The notes beneath the pieces were generated by a model, which had not been told where the DNA came from, did no database searches, and was given only the letters and a program-made list of their open reading frames with translations. DNA of 64,000 bases, from contig CAVVEU010000024.1 of the NCBI GenBank assembly GCA_963747235.1, positions 320,001 through 384,000 of the forward strand, given 5' to 3'. This DNA is from an uncultured Candidatus Rokubacteria bacterium (GTDB lineage: Bacteria > Methylomirabilota > Methylomirabilia > Rokubacteriales > CSP1-6). Shown here piece after piece: positions 42,672 through 52,394 of the stretch; positions within the stretch are counted from its first letter, which is position 1; the number at the start of each line of letters is the position of its first letter. The position numbers and the translations under genes were made by a program.

Positions 42672-44441
42672 ATGACACTCGACTCCGCGCAGTACCAGCG
42701 TAGCGCCGCGCCGGCGGGCTCGGGCCCGATGACGCAGGTGATGGGGCGGAAGTGGATGGTGGCGGCCGGGCATCCGCTCGCCGCGCAGGCGGCCGCGCGC
42801 GTGCTGGCCAACGGCGGCAACGCGATCGACGCGGGCGTAGCCGGCGGGTTCATGCTGGGAGTCGTCCATCCCGACATGGTGAGCTTCGCGGGCGTGGCGC
42901 CGATCCTGGTGCACCTGGCCTCGACCGGCGAGACCTTCGAGGTCTCGGGCGTCGGGCCCTATCCGCGGCGGCTGACCGCCGACCTCTTCCGCACCAAGCA
43001 CGCGGGCGAGATCCCCATCGGCCTGCTGCGCACCGTGGTGCCCGCCTCGCCCGACGCCTGGTGCGTCGCGCTCGAGCGCTGGGGCACGCTGTCCTTCACC
43101 GACGCGGTGTCGTCCGCGCTGGAGTGCGCGGAGCACGGCTTCCCCACCTCGGCCTTCTCGGCCTCCATCATGGCCAACAACGCCGAGCGGTACACGCGCT
43201 TCCCGACGTCCGCCAAGATCTTCCTGCCGGGCGGCAAGCCGCACGCCGCCGGGCAGCTCTTCGTGCAGTCGGAGCTGGCCGCGACGATCAAGGAGATGGT
43301 GTCCGCCGAGGTGCGCTCGCGCAGCCGCGGCCGCGCCGGCGCCATCCGCGCCGCGCGCGACGCCTTCTACAAGGGCGACATCGCCAAGCGCATCGTGGAC
43401 TATCACGCCCGCGAGGGCGGGCTGATGGCGCTCGAGGACCTGGCCGAGTTCCACGCCGAGGTCGCGCCCGCGCTCAAGACCACCTTCCACGACTATGAAG
43501 TGGCGGCCTGCGGCTTCTGGTGCCAGGGGCCGGTGTTCTTGCAGATGCTGAACCTGATCGAGCCCTACGACTGGCCCGCGCTCGGCCACAACACGCCGCG
43601 CGCGCTCCACATCCTGGTGGAGGCCATGAAGCTCGCCTTCGCGGACCGCGAGGCCTACTACGGCGATCCGCGCTTCGTGAAGGTGCCGGCGGACGCGCTG
43701 CTCTCGAAGGCCTACGCGGACCTGCGCCGCGGCCTGATCCGCGAGGATCGCGCGTGGCCCGAGATGCCGCCGCCGGGTGACCCGGAGGGCAAGGCCGCGG
43801 TGCGCAATGGACACGCCACGGGCTCCAAGGTGGGCGCGCCCTCGCACGCGGGCACGCTCGATACCTCGTACGTCTCCGTGATCGACGCGGAGGGCAATGC
43901 CTTCTCCGCCACGCCCAGCGACCCGGGTGGGGTGGACTCGCCGGTGATCCCGGGCGTGGGCTGCGTGGTCTCGCCGCGCGGCTCGCAGGGCTGGCTCGTG
44001 CCCGGCCATCCGAGCGAGGTCGTGGGCGGCAAGCGGCCGCGGCTCACGCCGGCGCCGTCCCTCGTGCTGCGCGACGGCCGCGCCTTCATGGCCTTCGGCA
44101 CGCCGGGCGGCGACGTGCAGCAGCAGGCCATGCTCCAGGTGCTGCTCAACATGGTGGCCTACGGCATGGCGCCCCAGCAGGCGGTCGAGGCCCCGCGGCT
44201 GGCCACGCGCAGCTTCCCCGATTCGTTCTGGCCCCACACGAACTCGCCCGGTCGTCTCGACGTCGAGGCCCGCATCGCCCCCGAGACGCGCGCGGAGCTG
44301 GCGAAGCTGGGCCACGTCATCACCGACTGGCCCGACTACGACTGGCGCGCGGGCGCGGTCTGCGCCTCGGTGGTGGGCAAGGACGGCGTGCGCCTGGGCG
44401 GAGCCGACCCACGCCGCGGCGCGCACGCCATCGGCTGGTAG
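42672..44441 (+). CDS. ggt: Gamma-glutamyltransferase family (Ntn hydrolase), no signal peptide
   Basis: GGNAIDA, FYKGDIA, EAMKLAFADR, nucleophile in DTSY, KRPRLT, GTPGGD, GADPRR. Confidence 0.9.
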   Translation: MTLDSAQYQRSAAPAGSGPMTQVMGRKWMVAAGHPLAAQAAARVLANGGNAIDAGVAGGFMLGVVHPDMVSFAGVAPILVHLASTGETFEVSGVGPYPRRLTADLFRTKHAGEIPIGLLRTVVPASPDAWCVALERWGTLSFTDAVSSALECAEHGFPTSAFSASIMANNAERYTRFPTSAKIFLPGGKPHAAGQLFVQSELAATIKEMVSAEVRSRSRGRAGAIRAARDAFYKGDIAKRIVDYHAREGGLMALEDLAEFHAEVAPALKTTFHDYEVAACGFWCQGPVFLQMLNLIEPYDWPALGHNTPRALHILVEAMKLAFADREAYYGDPRFVKVPADALLSKAYADLRRGLIREDRAWPEMPPPGDPEGKAAVRNGHATGSKVGAPSHAGTLDTSYVSVIDAEGNAFSATPSDPGGVDSPVIPGVGCVVSPRGSQGWLVPGHPSEVVGGKRPRLTPAPSLVLRDGRAFMAFGTPGGDVQQQAMLQVLLNMVAYGMAPQQAVEAPRLATRSFPDSFWPHTNSPGRLDVEARIAPETRAELAKLGHVITDWPDYDWRAGAVCASVVGKDGVRLGGADPRRGAHAIGW

Positions 44442-44462
44442 CCGGCGCGCGACTGCGCGCCG

Positions 44463-45186
44463 CTGTCCCGTCGCCGCTTCGCGCTCGTCGCCCTGCTCGG
44501 CTCTCTGCGCGCTGCTGGGCGGCGCCGGGCCGGTCGCGGCGCAGCCGACCCTGCAGCTCCCGCCGCAGCTCCCCCCGAAGGACCGCCAGAGCTTCGAGCA
44601 GATCGTCAAGCAGGCCTTCGCCTCCACCCGGATGGAGTTCGAGCCCTACGTCGTCCGCCCCGAGATCTTCGAGTACCTGCTCGATCACCCGGAGTTCGCC
44701 AGCCACGTCACCCGCGCGCTCAAGGCCGCCCGCTACAAGATCTGGCGTGAGGCCGGCTCGCTCTGGCTCGACGACGGCTGGGGCGTGAAGGGCACGTTCT
44801 CCCTCGCCCACGCCGAGCCGGGCCTGCGGCTGATGCACGCCCAGGGCGCCTACCAGTCGGCCCTGCCCGACATCAAGGGCCGCGCGGTCGTGGCGCTGGC
44901 CTACAAGTTCCAGCCCGCCCCGCAGGCCGGCCGCCAGCAGGTGGCCACCGTGCTCACCTCGTTCGTGCAGATCGACAGCGCGGTCATCCGCGCCATCGGC
45001 CGCATGGGCGGCTCCCTCGTGCAGAAGAAGGCCGACCGCGAGGCGCGCCAGCTCCTGCGCGTGTTCTCCAAGGTGAGCCGCGCGATCGAGGAGAACCCCG
45101 CCGACGTCTACGCGCGGGTGCGCGAGCACGCGGACGTGCCGAAGCAGGAGCTGGAGGAGTTCCGGAAGCTGCTGCGCGTGCCGTAG
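44463..45186 (+). CDS. Hypothetical exported protein (start uncertain; indel in the signal region)
   Basis: Coding-like frame extends upstream of 44632 to ...ALLGGAGPVAAQPTLQLPP; SRRRFALVALLG lies in a neighbouring frame. Confidence 0.55.
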
Positions 45187-45238
45187 GGGCGCGACGCGGG
45201 CGTTGGAGCAGGCTATCCGCCGGCCGCGTCATTCGCGC

Positions 45239-46607
45239 TTACGGGTCTCGACGTTCTCGCGTGGCCCGCGGATGCAGCACGTCGATCGCCCAGCGCACGT
45301 CCAGCCGCTCCCCGAACCACTGGGCGAGCCCGGTGCGCGCATGGAGCTTGAGCCCCTGCGCGGCGTTCTGCGCCCGGATCGCTCCCGCCGGATCGGCAGG
45401 CACCACCGCCGGCGCCGGCACGTCGGGCAAGGCGCGGCCGTCCGGTCGCCGGAACTGGAGCGCCCCGTCGGGCCCGCGCTCGAGCTGGTAGCCCTCCTCG
45501 TGCACCGCGCGGTGATGCCGGCGGCAGAGTAACGCGAGGTTCGAGAGCTTCGTCGGGCCCGCCGTGCGCCCAGTGCCGCACGTGATGCCCCTCGGCGATC
45601 CGGACGTTGCAGCCCGGGAAGCGGCAGGTCTTGTCCCGATGCTGCAGCGCCCGCCGCAGCGCCGGCGGGATCGTCCGCGTTCTGGCGCCGACTTCCACCA
45701 CCCGCCCGTCCGCGTCGTGCCGCATCACCACCCGGCTCGCGTCGCACGCCAGCCGCTGCGACGTTCCCGCGGGAACGTGCGCGCCGTCGTCCAGCACCGA
45801 CTGCCCGGGCTGGGTCGCGTCCGCCAGGACCGCGGCGTCCACGTGGACCACCACCTGATACCGCTCCCCGGGCGCCCCCGGGTCGAGCTCGTGATGCAGG
45901 GCCGTCTCGGCCAGCAGGGCCAGCGCGTCCGCCTGCTGCTGCGGCCGGGTCGGGGTCTCCGACGGCCGGATCGGTGGCCGGCATGGCGGCCTCGCTGGCC
46001 CGGCGCCGCTGGTACAGCGTCTCGCGGGCCGCGTCGAGGGCCCGCAGGAGCAGCGCGCCGACCTCCGGCGTCAGGCGCCCGCGCAGCACCACGGTGCCAT
46101 CCTCATCCTGGTGGACGTGCAGGGCCCGGCCCGCGTGCTGGCGCGCGGCCTCTCGGGCGTCGGCCTGCCGGTCCAGCCGCCGCCAGCCCCGGACGATGCT
46201 CTCCACGTGGACCGCCGTGCCCGCGCGCCCCACCGCGAGCAGGCGCGCCTCGGTCTCCGGGGTCGCGATGCGCGTCAAGGCGCGGACCTTGGCGTAGGAC
46301 AGCTCGCCGCGCGCCAGCGCCTCGGCCAGGGCGGGCAGCGTCCCGAGGGCGCGGGCCACCCGGACTCGCTCGCGGGCGGCGCCCGGGGCGAGGCCGACGC
46401 GCCAGGCGAGCCACTCGGCGCAGGAGCGGAAGCCGTTGGCCCAGCCGCGCGCGGGCGTCGAACTCGCGGATGAGCGCGAGCAGGCGGGCCGTCGCGGCCT
46501 CGAGGTGGACGGAAAGCTCGGCGATCTCGTCACCCAGGCGCTCGAGCTCCGCGATACGGGCCGGCGTGGGCTGCCGGTGATGGGAACATCCGACGGACGT
46601 GTGACAT
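45239..46607 (-). mobile_element. DUF222 (13E12-repeat-like) protein with C-terminal HNH endonuclease, frameshifted
   Basis: LGDEIAELS.HL.AAT, GFRSCAEWLAW, GELSYAKVRALTR, RLACDA, GARTRTIPPALRRAL..RD..CRFPGC, HHVRHWAHGG.T..NL..LC..HH..VH. Confidence 0.85.
45761..45778. repeat. Perfect 18-bp palindrome inside the DUF222-HNH gene
   Basis: ACGTTCCCGCGGGAACGT; a degenerate half-copy ACGTTCTCGCG sits at 45251-45261. Confidence 0.8.
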
Positions 46608-46865
46608 GGCGAGTCTCCCTTCTGCTGGGACGACTCTACACCCCGATTTCGCGGCCCTCTGGATGCCTCCAGGCCGCGTGAATCTCGATCCGCCATGATT
46701 GTTCGTCTCCGGCGACGCGACTGCGCGACACGTCCTCACTGTGCGACGCTCAGCCGGCGGTTTCTCGACCGATCCAGGCGAGAATTGATGGCGCCCTCTA
46801 CAACTCGTCAAGTGAAAAGTGCAAGATGGTCGTCGCGAAGGCGGTGTTCCGGCAGTCGTTGTAGT

Positions 46866-46881
46866 GTATCCAGTCGGATAC
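46866..46881. promoter_or_regulatory. Palindromic operator upstream of the SDR gene
   Basis: GTATCC-AGTC-GGATAC overlapping a TAGTGT -10-like hexamer. Confidence 0.45.
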
Positions 46882-46928
46882 GCGGTGACGTGACTCGGCA
46901 GTGACTCGATGATCCGGGAGGAGCCACG

Positions 46929-47720
46929 ATGGCATCGCTCAACGGACGCACCGTACTGATCACCGGCGCCGCCCGCGGCATCGGCGCCGCCACCGCCCGC
47001 CGCCTCGCCACCGAAGGCGCCCGGCTGGTCCTCGCCGACCAGGACGGCGCCGGCGTGGAGAAGCTCGCCGCCGAGCTCAAGCAGGTGGCGGTGAAGGCCG
47101 ACGTGACCAAGCCCGACGACATCGCGCGCATGGTGGACGAGCCCTACAAGCGCTGGGGCCGGCTCGACGTGCTCTTCAACAACGCGGGCGTCATCCGCGT
47201 GGAGCCCATGTTCGACGTCACGGAGGCGGAGTGGGATCGCGTCATGGACGTGAACCTGCGCGCGGTGTTCTTCGTGATGCAGGCGGTGGCGAAGCGCATG
47301 GTGAAGCAGGACGTGATGGCGGGGTCGGAGCTGCGGGGCAAGCTGATCCAGACCGCGTCGATCGCGTCGTATCGGGGCGGCAATCACCTCATGACGCCCT
47401 ACTCGGCGTCCAAGGCCGGGGTGGTGAGCCTCACGCGGTCCGCGGCGCAGTTGCTGGCGCCGGAGCGGGTCACCTCCAACTGCGTGTGCCCGGGGGCGGT
47501 CGAGACGCCGATGTGGGAGCAGATCGACAAGGAGTGGGGCGCGCTCGAAGGCCTGGGGCAGGGGGAGGCGTGGAAGCGGCGGATCCGGCACATCCCGCTG
47601 GGGCGGCCGGAGCGGGCGGAGGACGTGGCCAACGTGGTGGCGTTCCTCGCGGGGCCGGATTCGGACTACATGACGGGGCAGGCGATCAACGTGGACGGCG
47701 GGATCGTGATGGGGAGCTGA
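46929..47720 (+). CDS. Classical SDR oxidoreductase (polyol/sugar dehydrogenase-like)
   Basis: TGAARGIG, NNAG, YSASK, CPGAVETPMW, YMTGQAINVDGG. Confidence 0.9.
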   Translation: MASLNGRTVLITGAARGIGAATARRLATEGARLVLADQDGAGVEKLAAELKQVAVKADVTKPDDIARMVDEPYKRWGRLDVLFNNAGVIRVEPMFDVTEAEWDRVMDVNLRAVFFVMQAVAKRMVKQDVMAGSELRGKLIQTASIASYRGGNHLMTPYSASKAGVVSLTRSAAQLLAPERVTSNCVCPGAVETPMWEQIDKEWGALEGLGQGEAWKRRIRHIPLGRPERAEDVANVVAFLAGPDSDYMTGQAINVDGGIVMGS

Positions 47721-47954
47721 ACCCCGCGGGACGGCTACCGCATCGTCGTTTCGTTGACCGGCGTGAAGAACGCGGCGGCGCCGTAGAGGATCTGGCCGAC
47801 CACGCAGAACCAGGCCCAGCGGTCGGGGTCGGCGGTGGAGCAGCGTCGAGGAGATTGGGAGGCCTGGTCGCGTACGCGAGGCCGACGGCCGCGACGTGGT
47901 GGCGCACCCCGCCAGCAGGGCTGCGAGCAGGAGAACGGAGGCCAGGCGTCGCAT
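47717..47954 (-). CDS. Possible small lipoprotein (3' end undefined)
   Basis: ATG 47954: MRRLASVLLLAALLAGC is a textbook lipobox; no nearby in-frame stop, so probably frameshifted or a remnant. Confidence 0.35.
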
Positions 47955-47968
47955 GGCCCGGCCGGACG

Positions 47969-50401
47969 CTACGCGGCCGGCGAGCCTTCGGCGCGGGGCT
48001 GGGCGGCGGCGGTCACCGTGGCGGTGGACGGTACGTCCAGCTCGCGGTTGGCCAGGTCCACGCTCACGCGCATCGCGCGCAGGCCCTGGGCGCCCTGCAG
48101 CTCGTCCAGCTCCAGCTCCTCGACGTCGCTGGTCAGGTAGCCCAGGCGCTGGAGGTACTCGATGTACTCGCGCCACTCCGCGGCCTCGCTCGGGTGCGAG
48201 TAGACCAGCGCGATCTTGCCGGGCTGGGTCAGCCGCTCGGTGGTGCCGCGGATGATGGCCTTGTCGATCCGCTTCTTGATGATCTCGTAGCGGACATTGT
48301 AGGCGCCGTCCACGTCGAAGCGCTTCTCGTCGCCGCGGAAGCGGATCGAGAGCGGGGCGTGCTGGATCAGGATCAGGTTGGTGATGTCGAGACGCACCGG
48401 CAGCCGGTCCTTCAACCGCTCCACCCGCAGGGCGACCCCGCAGGCCACCATGAGCTGCCAGAGGCGCATGTTCTTGAGATAGAGCGGATCGAAGATGCCG
48501 TCCTCGCGGAGGGCGCCGCCCAGGTAGATCGTGTAGTCCACCCCGTCCGTCTTCTGCTTCTCGAAGAAGTGCGGGAACATGCCCTGGGCCGCCTGCTCCT
48601 CCAGATCGATGTAGGAGGCGACCGCGTCGTTGATCCGGGTCACGCTCTCGTCGAACTCCTTGCGGCGCGCGTAGACCAGCCCGATGCCCGGATCCACCGC
48701 GGCCCGGTAGGCGTCGATCTTCTCGTGCACCGCGGGGCCGAAGGTCTGCAGGTGGCCGAAGAGCGGCTCGAGGTCCGTCTTGAGGAAGCCGAGCACGCCC
48801 ATCTCGTCCCCCGAGCGCAGCGTCACCTCGATCTCGGCGGTGGAGCCGTCGATGCGATGGGTGAGCTGGTCGAGGATGGGCAGCGGCCGCACCTCGTACG
48901 CGGCGCGCAGCACCTCGCGGGCGAGGCCGAGCTGGGTGAGCAGGTCGGCCTGGATGGCCCACGCGCGGTGCGTGGACGAGCCGCGGATGTCCGACACCGC
49001 GTACAGCGGGTGGACGTCGCGGAACACGATCGGCTCCATCTCGCGGTTGGGCTCGCTCTCCCCGGTGTGCCGGTCCATCGTCTCCAGCACCGCCTTGCGG
49101 AAGCGCCACTCCACCACCGGGTGGATCGCGGTGAACTGCTCCTTGATGAAGCCCTCCACCCGCGAGTGCAGCTCGTCCACGCTGCGCCGGACCGCCACCG
49201 AGAAGAGCGGCAGGACCTCCTGCAGCCGCGGCGCGAGGAGCGTGTTGATGTCGCCCGGGTGCGGGGAGGAGAGGCTGAGCGTGCCGATGAGCTCGCCCTG
49301 GTAGTGCAGGGGCGCGACCACCAGGCTGCGCATGCCCTTCTGGAGGATCATCTCTTCCTTGGCCGACCGCGGGCTCACCGAGGCGAGATCCTCGATGAAG
49401 ATCGGCCGGCCGCTCACGACCGCCTTCTCGAAGACGGAGCCCGCGTAGTCCTTCGTCTTGCCGCGTACCGAGCTCGCGAAGATGCAGCCCTGCCCGTGGT
49501 CGAGCTGGTGCCCGGAGTTGAGCATCAGGATGCGCTCGCCCTCGATGGCGGCCAGGCTCAGGTGGAGGTTCGCGCGGCGGAACAGGGTGCGCAGCTTCTC
49601 CTGCAGCTTCACGAAGCGCGCGTTCGAGACGATGGACTCCTTGTCGATCAGGTCCCGCTTGATCGAGGAGAGCACCTCCTGGTCCGTCACGTCCAGCGCC
49701 TTCACCACCGTGAAGCCGGAGAAGCGCACGCTGCCGGGCGGGATCAGGGTCTTGAGGCCCTCCAGATCCACCGCCTGAGCGGTGAGGCGGCGGCGCATCT
49801 CGTCGGACAGGGGCGGCAGCGGGCGCAGGGCCTCCACGTCCACGAAGCGGCCCTCGAACTGGATCTTGAAGTGGCGATCGAGGCCGGTCTCGGGCTCCGG
49901 CATGGTCAGGATCAGCGGGTAGTCCACCGGGAACTTGATCCCGTGCAGGCGCTCGAGGATCAGGGCGTAGGCGTTGAGCAGGCGGAAGTCCTTGAGCGCG
50001 GCCATCTCGAGGTTGAGCCGGCCGTAGAGCACGCCGTCCGGACCCATGATGTTGTTGTCGAAGGCGCGCGTGCCGTAGACGCTGCGTAGCGTGAACGGGA
50101 TCAGCGCGCCCATGAAGGCCTGCTCCCAGAACACGGGCGGGAACACCGCGCCCATCAGCCCGTCCACCAGCTCCCCGTGCTCGTCCAGCACCGTGATGTC
50201 GTCGATGGGCTCGAGGAGCGCGGGCACCTGGTGCACGCGCGCCATGAGCGACCGCGCCATCTCCCCGCACACCGACGGGTCCTTGGCCTCCTCGTCCCAG
50301 AAGCGGATCAGCGAGGCCAGGCTGAGGCGGCTCTCGAAGGGGAAATCCCGCGCGAAGTCCGGGGGGAGCTTGGTGGTTCCGTCGTTCGTCATGGCCATCA
50401 T
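47969..50401 (-). CDS. Large (~810 aa) GAF-domain protein with a conserved C-terminal domain resembling a class III nucleotidyl cyclase
   Basis: GAF: AVVSGRPIFIEDL...GMRSLVVAPLHYQGELIGTLSLSS; C-terminal YAVSDIRGSS, FEKQKTDGVDY, RFDVDGAYN..KRID, QPGKIAL. Start at 50392, 50398 or 50401. Confidence 0.75.
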   Translation of the reverse strand: MMAMTNDGTTKLPPDFARDFPFESRLSLASLIRFWDEEAKDPSVCGEMARSLMARVHQVPALLEPIDDITVLDEHGELVDGLMGAVFPPVFWEQAFMGALIPFTLRSVYGTRAFDNNIMGPDGVLYGRLNLEMAALKDFRLLNAYALILERLHGIKFPVDYPLILTMPEPETGLDRHFKIQFEGRFVDVEALRPLPPLSDEMRRRLTAQAVDLEGLKTLIPPGSVRFSGFTVVKALDVTDQEVLSSIKRDLIDKESIVSNARFVKLQEKLRTLFRRANLHLSLAAIEGERILMLNSGHQLDHGQGCIFASSVRGKTKDYAGSVFEKAVVSGRPIFIEDLASVSPRSAKEEMILQKGMRSLVVAPLHYQGELIGTLSLSSPHPGDINTLLAPRLQEVLPLFSVAVRRSVDELHSRVEGFIKEQFTAIHPVVEWRFRKAVLETMDRHTGESEPNREMEPIVFRDVHPLYAVSDIRGSSTHRAWAIQADLLTQLGLAREVLRAAYEVRPLPILDQLTHRIDGSTAEIEVTLRSGDEMGVLGFLKTDLEPLFGHLQTFGPAVHEKIDAYRAAVDPGIGLVYARRKEFDESVTRINDAVASYIDLEEQAAQGMFPHFFEKQKTDGVDYTIYLGGALREDGIFDPLYLKNMRLWQLMVACGVALRVERLKDRLPVRLDITNLILIQHAPLSIRFRGDEKRFDVDGAYNVRYEIIKKRIDKAIIRGTTERLTQPGKIALVYSHPSEAAEWREYIEYLQRLGYLTSDVEELELDELQGAQGLRAMRVSVDLANRELDVPSTATVTAAAQPRAEGSPAA

Positions 50402-50415
50402 TCTACTCCAGCCGG

Positions 50416-51705
50416 CTAGCCTGCCGTGGCGGGCAGGCCGGCGGGCGCCATTGTTGTGCTGGGGGTCCGGTTCACGGGCACTTCCTTGATGGCGAGCGCC
50501 ATGGGCACCGCCAGGAACGCCATGAAGGCGGCCGAGGTGAAGGCCCAGGCGTAGGAGCCGGTGGCGGTGAAGATCCAGCCGCCGACCGCCGCGCCGAGCG
50601 CCGCGCCGGCCTGGTGCGCGAAGAAGATCCAGCCCGAGAGCGTGCCCACCGAGTAGCGGCCGAAGATGTTCGCGGTCAGCGTGGTGGTGGGTGGCACCGT
50701 CGAGATGTAGTTCAATCCGAAGATCGCCGCGAAGATGTGCAGCGACGGCACGTTCCAGACATATAGAAGGAAGAGAAGAGACAATCCGCGGACGCCGTAG
50801 TAGAAGGCGAGCGGCCCCTTGCGTCCGAAGCGGTCGCAGATCCAGCCCGAGAGCACGGTGCCCAGGATGTTCATGGCGCCCATCACGCCCAGGGCCTGCG
50901 CGGCGTGCATCTCGGAGAAGCCGTGCTCGGCCGCGTGCGGCACCAGGTGGGTCAGCACGAGCCCGTTCGACGTGTAGCCGCACACGAAGAAGCTGCCGGC
51001 CAGGAGCCAGAACGCGGGGACGTGGATCGCGTCCCCGATGCCCGTCCGGCCCTCCGGCGGCGCCTGCATGCCGCCCGGCGCGATGGCCTGGCCCGCGCCG
51101 AAGGCCTTGAGGCCCTTCTCGGCCGGGTCGTTCCGGATGAACAGCAAGGTCAGCGGCACCGCGATGATGAAGAGGAGGATGCCGAGCCAGATGAACGACT
51201 GGCGCCAGCCGAACGTGAGGGTGAAGATGACCGCGAGCGGAACGATGATGAGCTGGCCCGCCGACATGGCGCCGCCGATCACGCCCATCACGAGCCCGCG
51301 CCGGCCTTCGAACCACCGCGCGGCCACCGTGGCCGCGGTGGACATGCCGACGCCGCCCGAGCCCAGCGCCATCAGCACACCCGCCGTGATGTAGACCTGC
51401 CAGAGCGCGGTCACCTGCGAGGTGAGGATCGTGCCGATCCCGAGCAGGACCACCGAGAGCATGATGACCCGGCGCGGGCCCCAGTGGTCGGCGAGCCAGC
51501 CGACGAAGGGGCCGGCGGCGCCCAGCAGCAGCAGCGAGAGCGCGGCGGCGCCCGACAGCGCGGCCCGGTCCCAGCCGAAGGTGGCTTCCATCGGCTTGAT
51601 GAACACGCCGAAGACGGCCCGCAGGCCGGAGGCCAGCAGCATGACGACCACGAGGGCGCCCAGGACGACCCACGCGTAGTGCACTCCGCCCCGCGATGCC
51701 TTCAC
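50416..51705 (-). CDS. MFS transporter (YbfB/MCT-like)
   Basis: 12 TM helices, GWLADHWGPRR, WFEGRRGL, GWICDRFGRK; GGAGG plus GTG 51705. Confidence 0.9.
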   Translation of the reverse strand: MKASRGGVHYAWVVLGALVVVMLLASGLRAVFGVFIKPMEATFGWDRAALSGAAALSLLLLGAAGPFVGWLADHWGPRRVIMLSVVLLGIGTILTSQVTALWQVYITAGVLMALGSGGVGMSTAATVAARWFEGRRGLVMGVIGGAMSAGQLIIVPLAVIFTLTFGWRQSFIWLGILLFIIAVPLTLLFIRNDPAEKGLKAFGAGQAIAPGGMQAPPEGRTGIGDAIHVPAFWLLAGSFFVCGYTSNGLVLTHLVPHAAEHGFSEMHAAQALGVMGAMNILGTVLSGWICDRFGRKGPLAFYYGVRGLSLLFLLYVWNVPSLHIFAAIFGLNYISTVPPTTTLTANIFGRYSVGTLSGWIFFAHQAGAALGAAVGGWIFTATGSYAWAFTSAAFMAFLAVPMALAIKEVPVNRTPSTTMAPAGLPATAG

Positions 51706-51829
51706 CCGATCCTCCCCCCGATTCGCCCCCAGGTCGAGAAACCCCACCAGCTTACGCTGACGCCCCTTTGGATGCCAAACCGACCGTCCCGGGATTCAAA
51801 TGGCCCGGGTGTACAGTGACATCAGGACA

Positions 51830-52246
51830 ATGGCGACGCGACGCGTACTTATCGTGGATGACGAGGCGGACGTCCGGAAGACGCTCACGGACATCCTCCG
51901 CGCGATGCGTTACGCGGAGCCCCTGGAGATCGAAGAGGTGCCCGATGGCCGGGAGGGCCTGGACGCGGTGGTGCGCCAGCGCCCGGACCTGGTCCTGCTC
52001 GATCTCCAGATGCCGCGCATGGACGGGCTCGCGCTGCTCAAGCAGATCCGCGAGGTCGAGCCGCGGCTGCCGGTCATCGTGATCAGCGCCACGCAAGACA
52101 ACAAGATGAGCTCCGAGGCGCTGCGCAACGGCGCCGTCGCGTACCTGCCGAAGCCGTTCGATTCGCGTCACGTCGAGATGCTCGTCACGACGTTTCTCGA
52201 CTCGACGAAGCCTCGCCCGCCGAAGCCTGTCCCCGGCGCGCGCTGA
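51830..52246 (+). CDS. Stand-alone response regulator receiver
   Basis: VLIVDDE, LLDLQMP, ISA, KPF. Confidence 0.88.
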   Translation: MATRRVLIVDDEADVRKTLTDILRAMRYAEPLEIEEVPDGREGLDAVVRQRPDLVLLDLQMPRMDGLALLKQIREVEPRLPVIVISATQDNKMSSEALRNGAVAYLPKPFDSRHVEMLVTTFLDSTKPRPPKPVPGAR

Positions 52247-52394
52247 TTCTCTCACCGCGCACCTTCTGCGCCCGGCGCGGACACCTTTCGTAGAGACGCC
52301 CGGCGGACGTCCATCCTGTTGTGGCGCGGACGGGCGCAACCGCTAGAAACTCCCATTTCCATGTAACTCCGCGGGATGAGTGGGTCGCGGCCCG

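Noticed and set aside
51762-51779. Possible sigma54 site TTTGGCATCCAAAGGGGC on the minus strand before the MFS gene
   Set aside because: GG-to-GC spacing is not 10 nt and there is no TTGC element.
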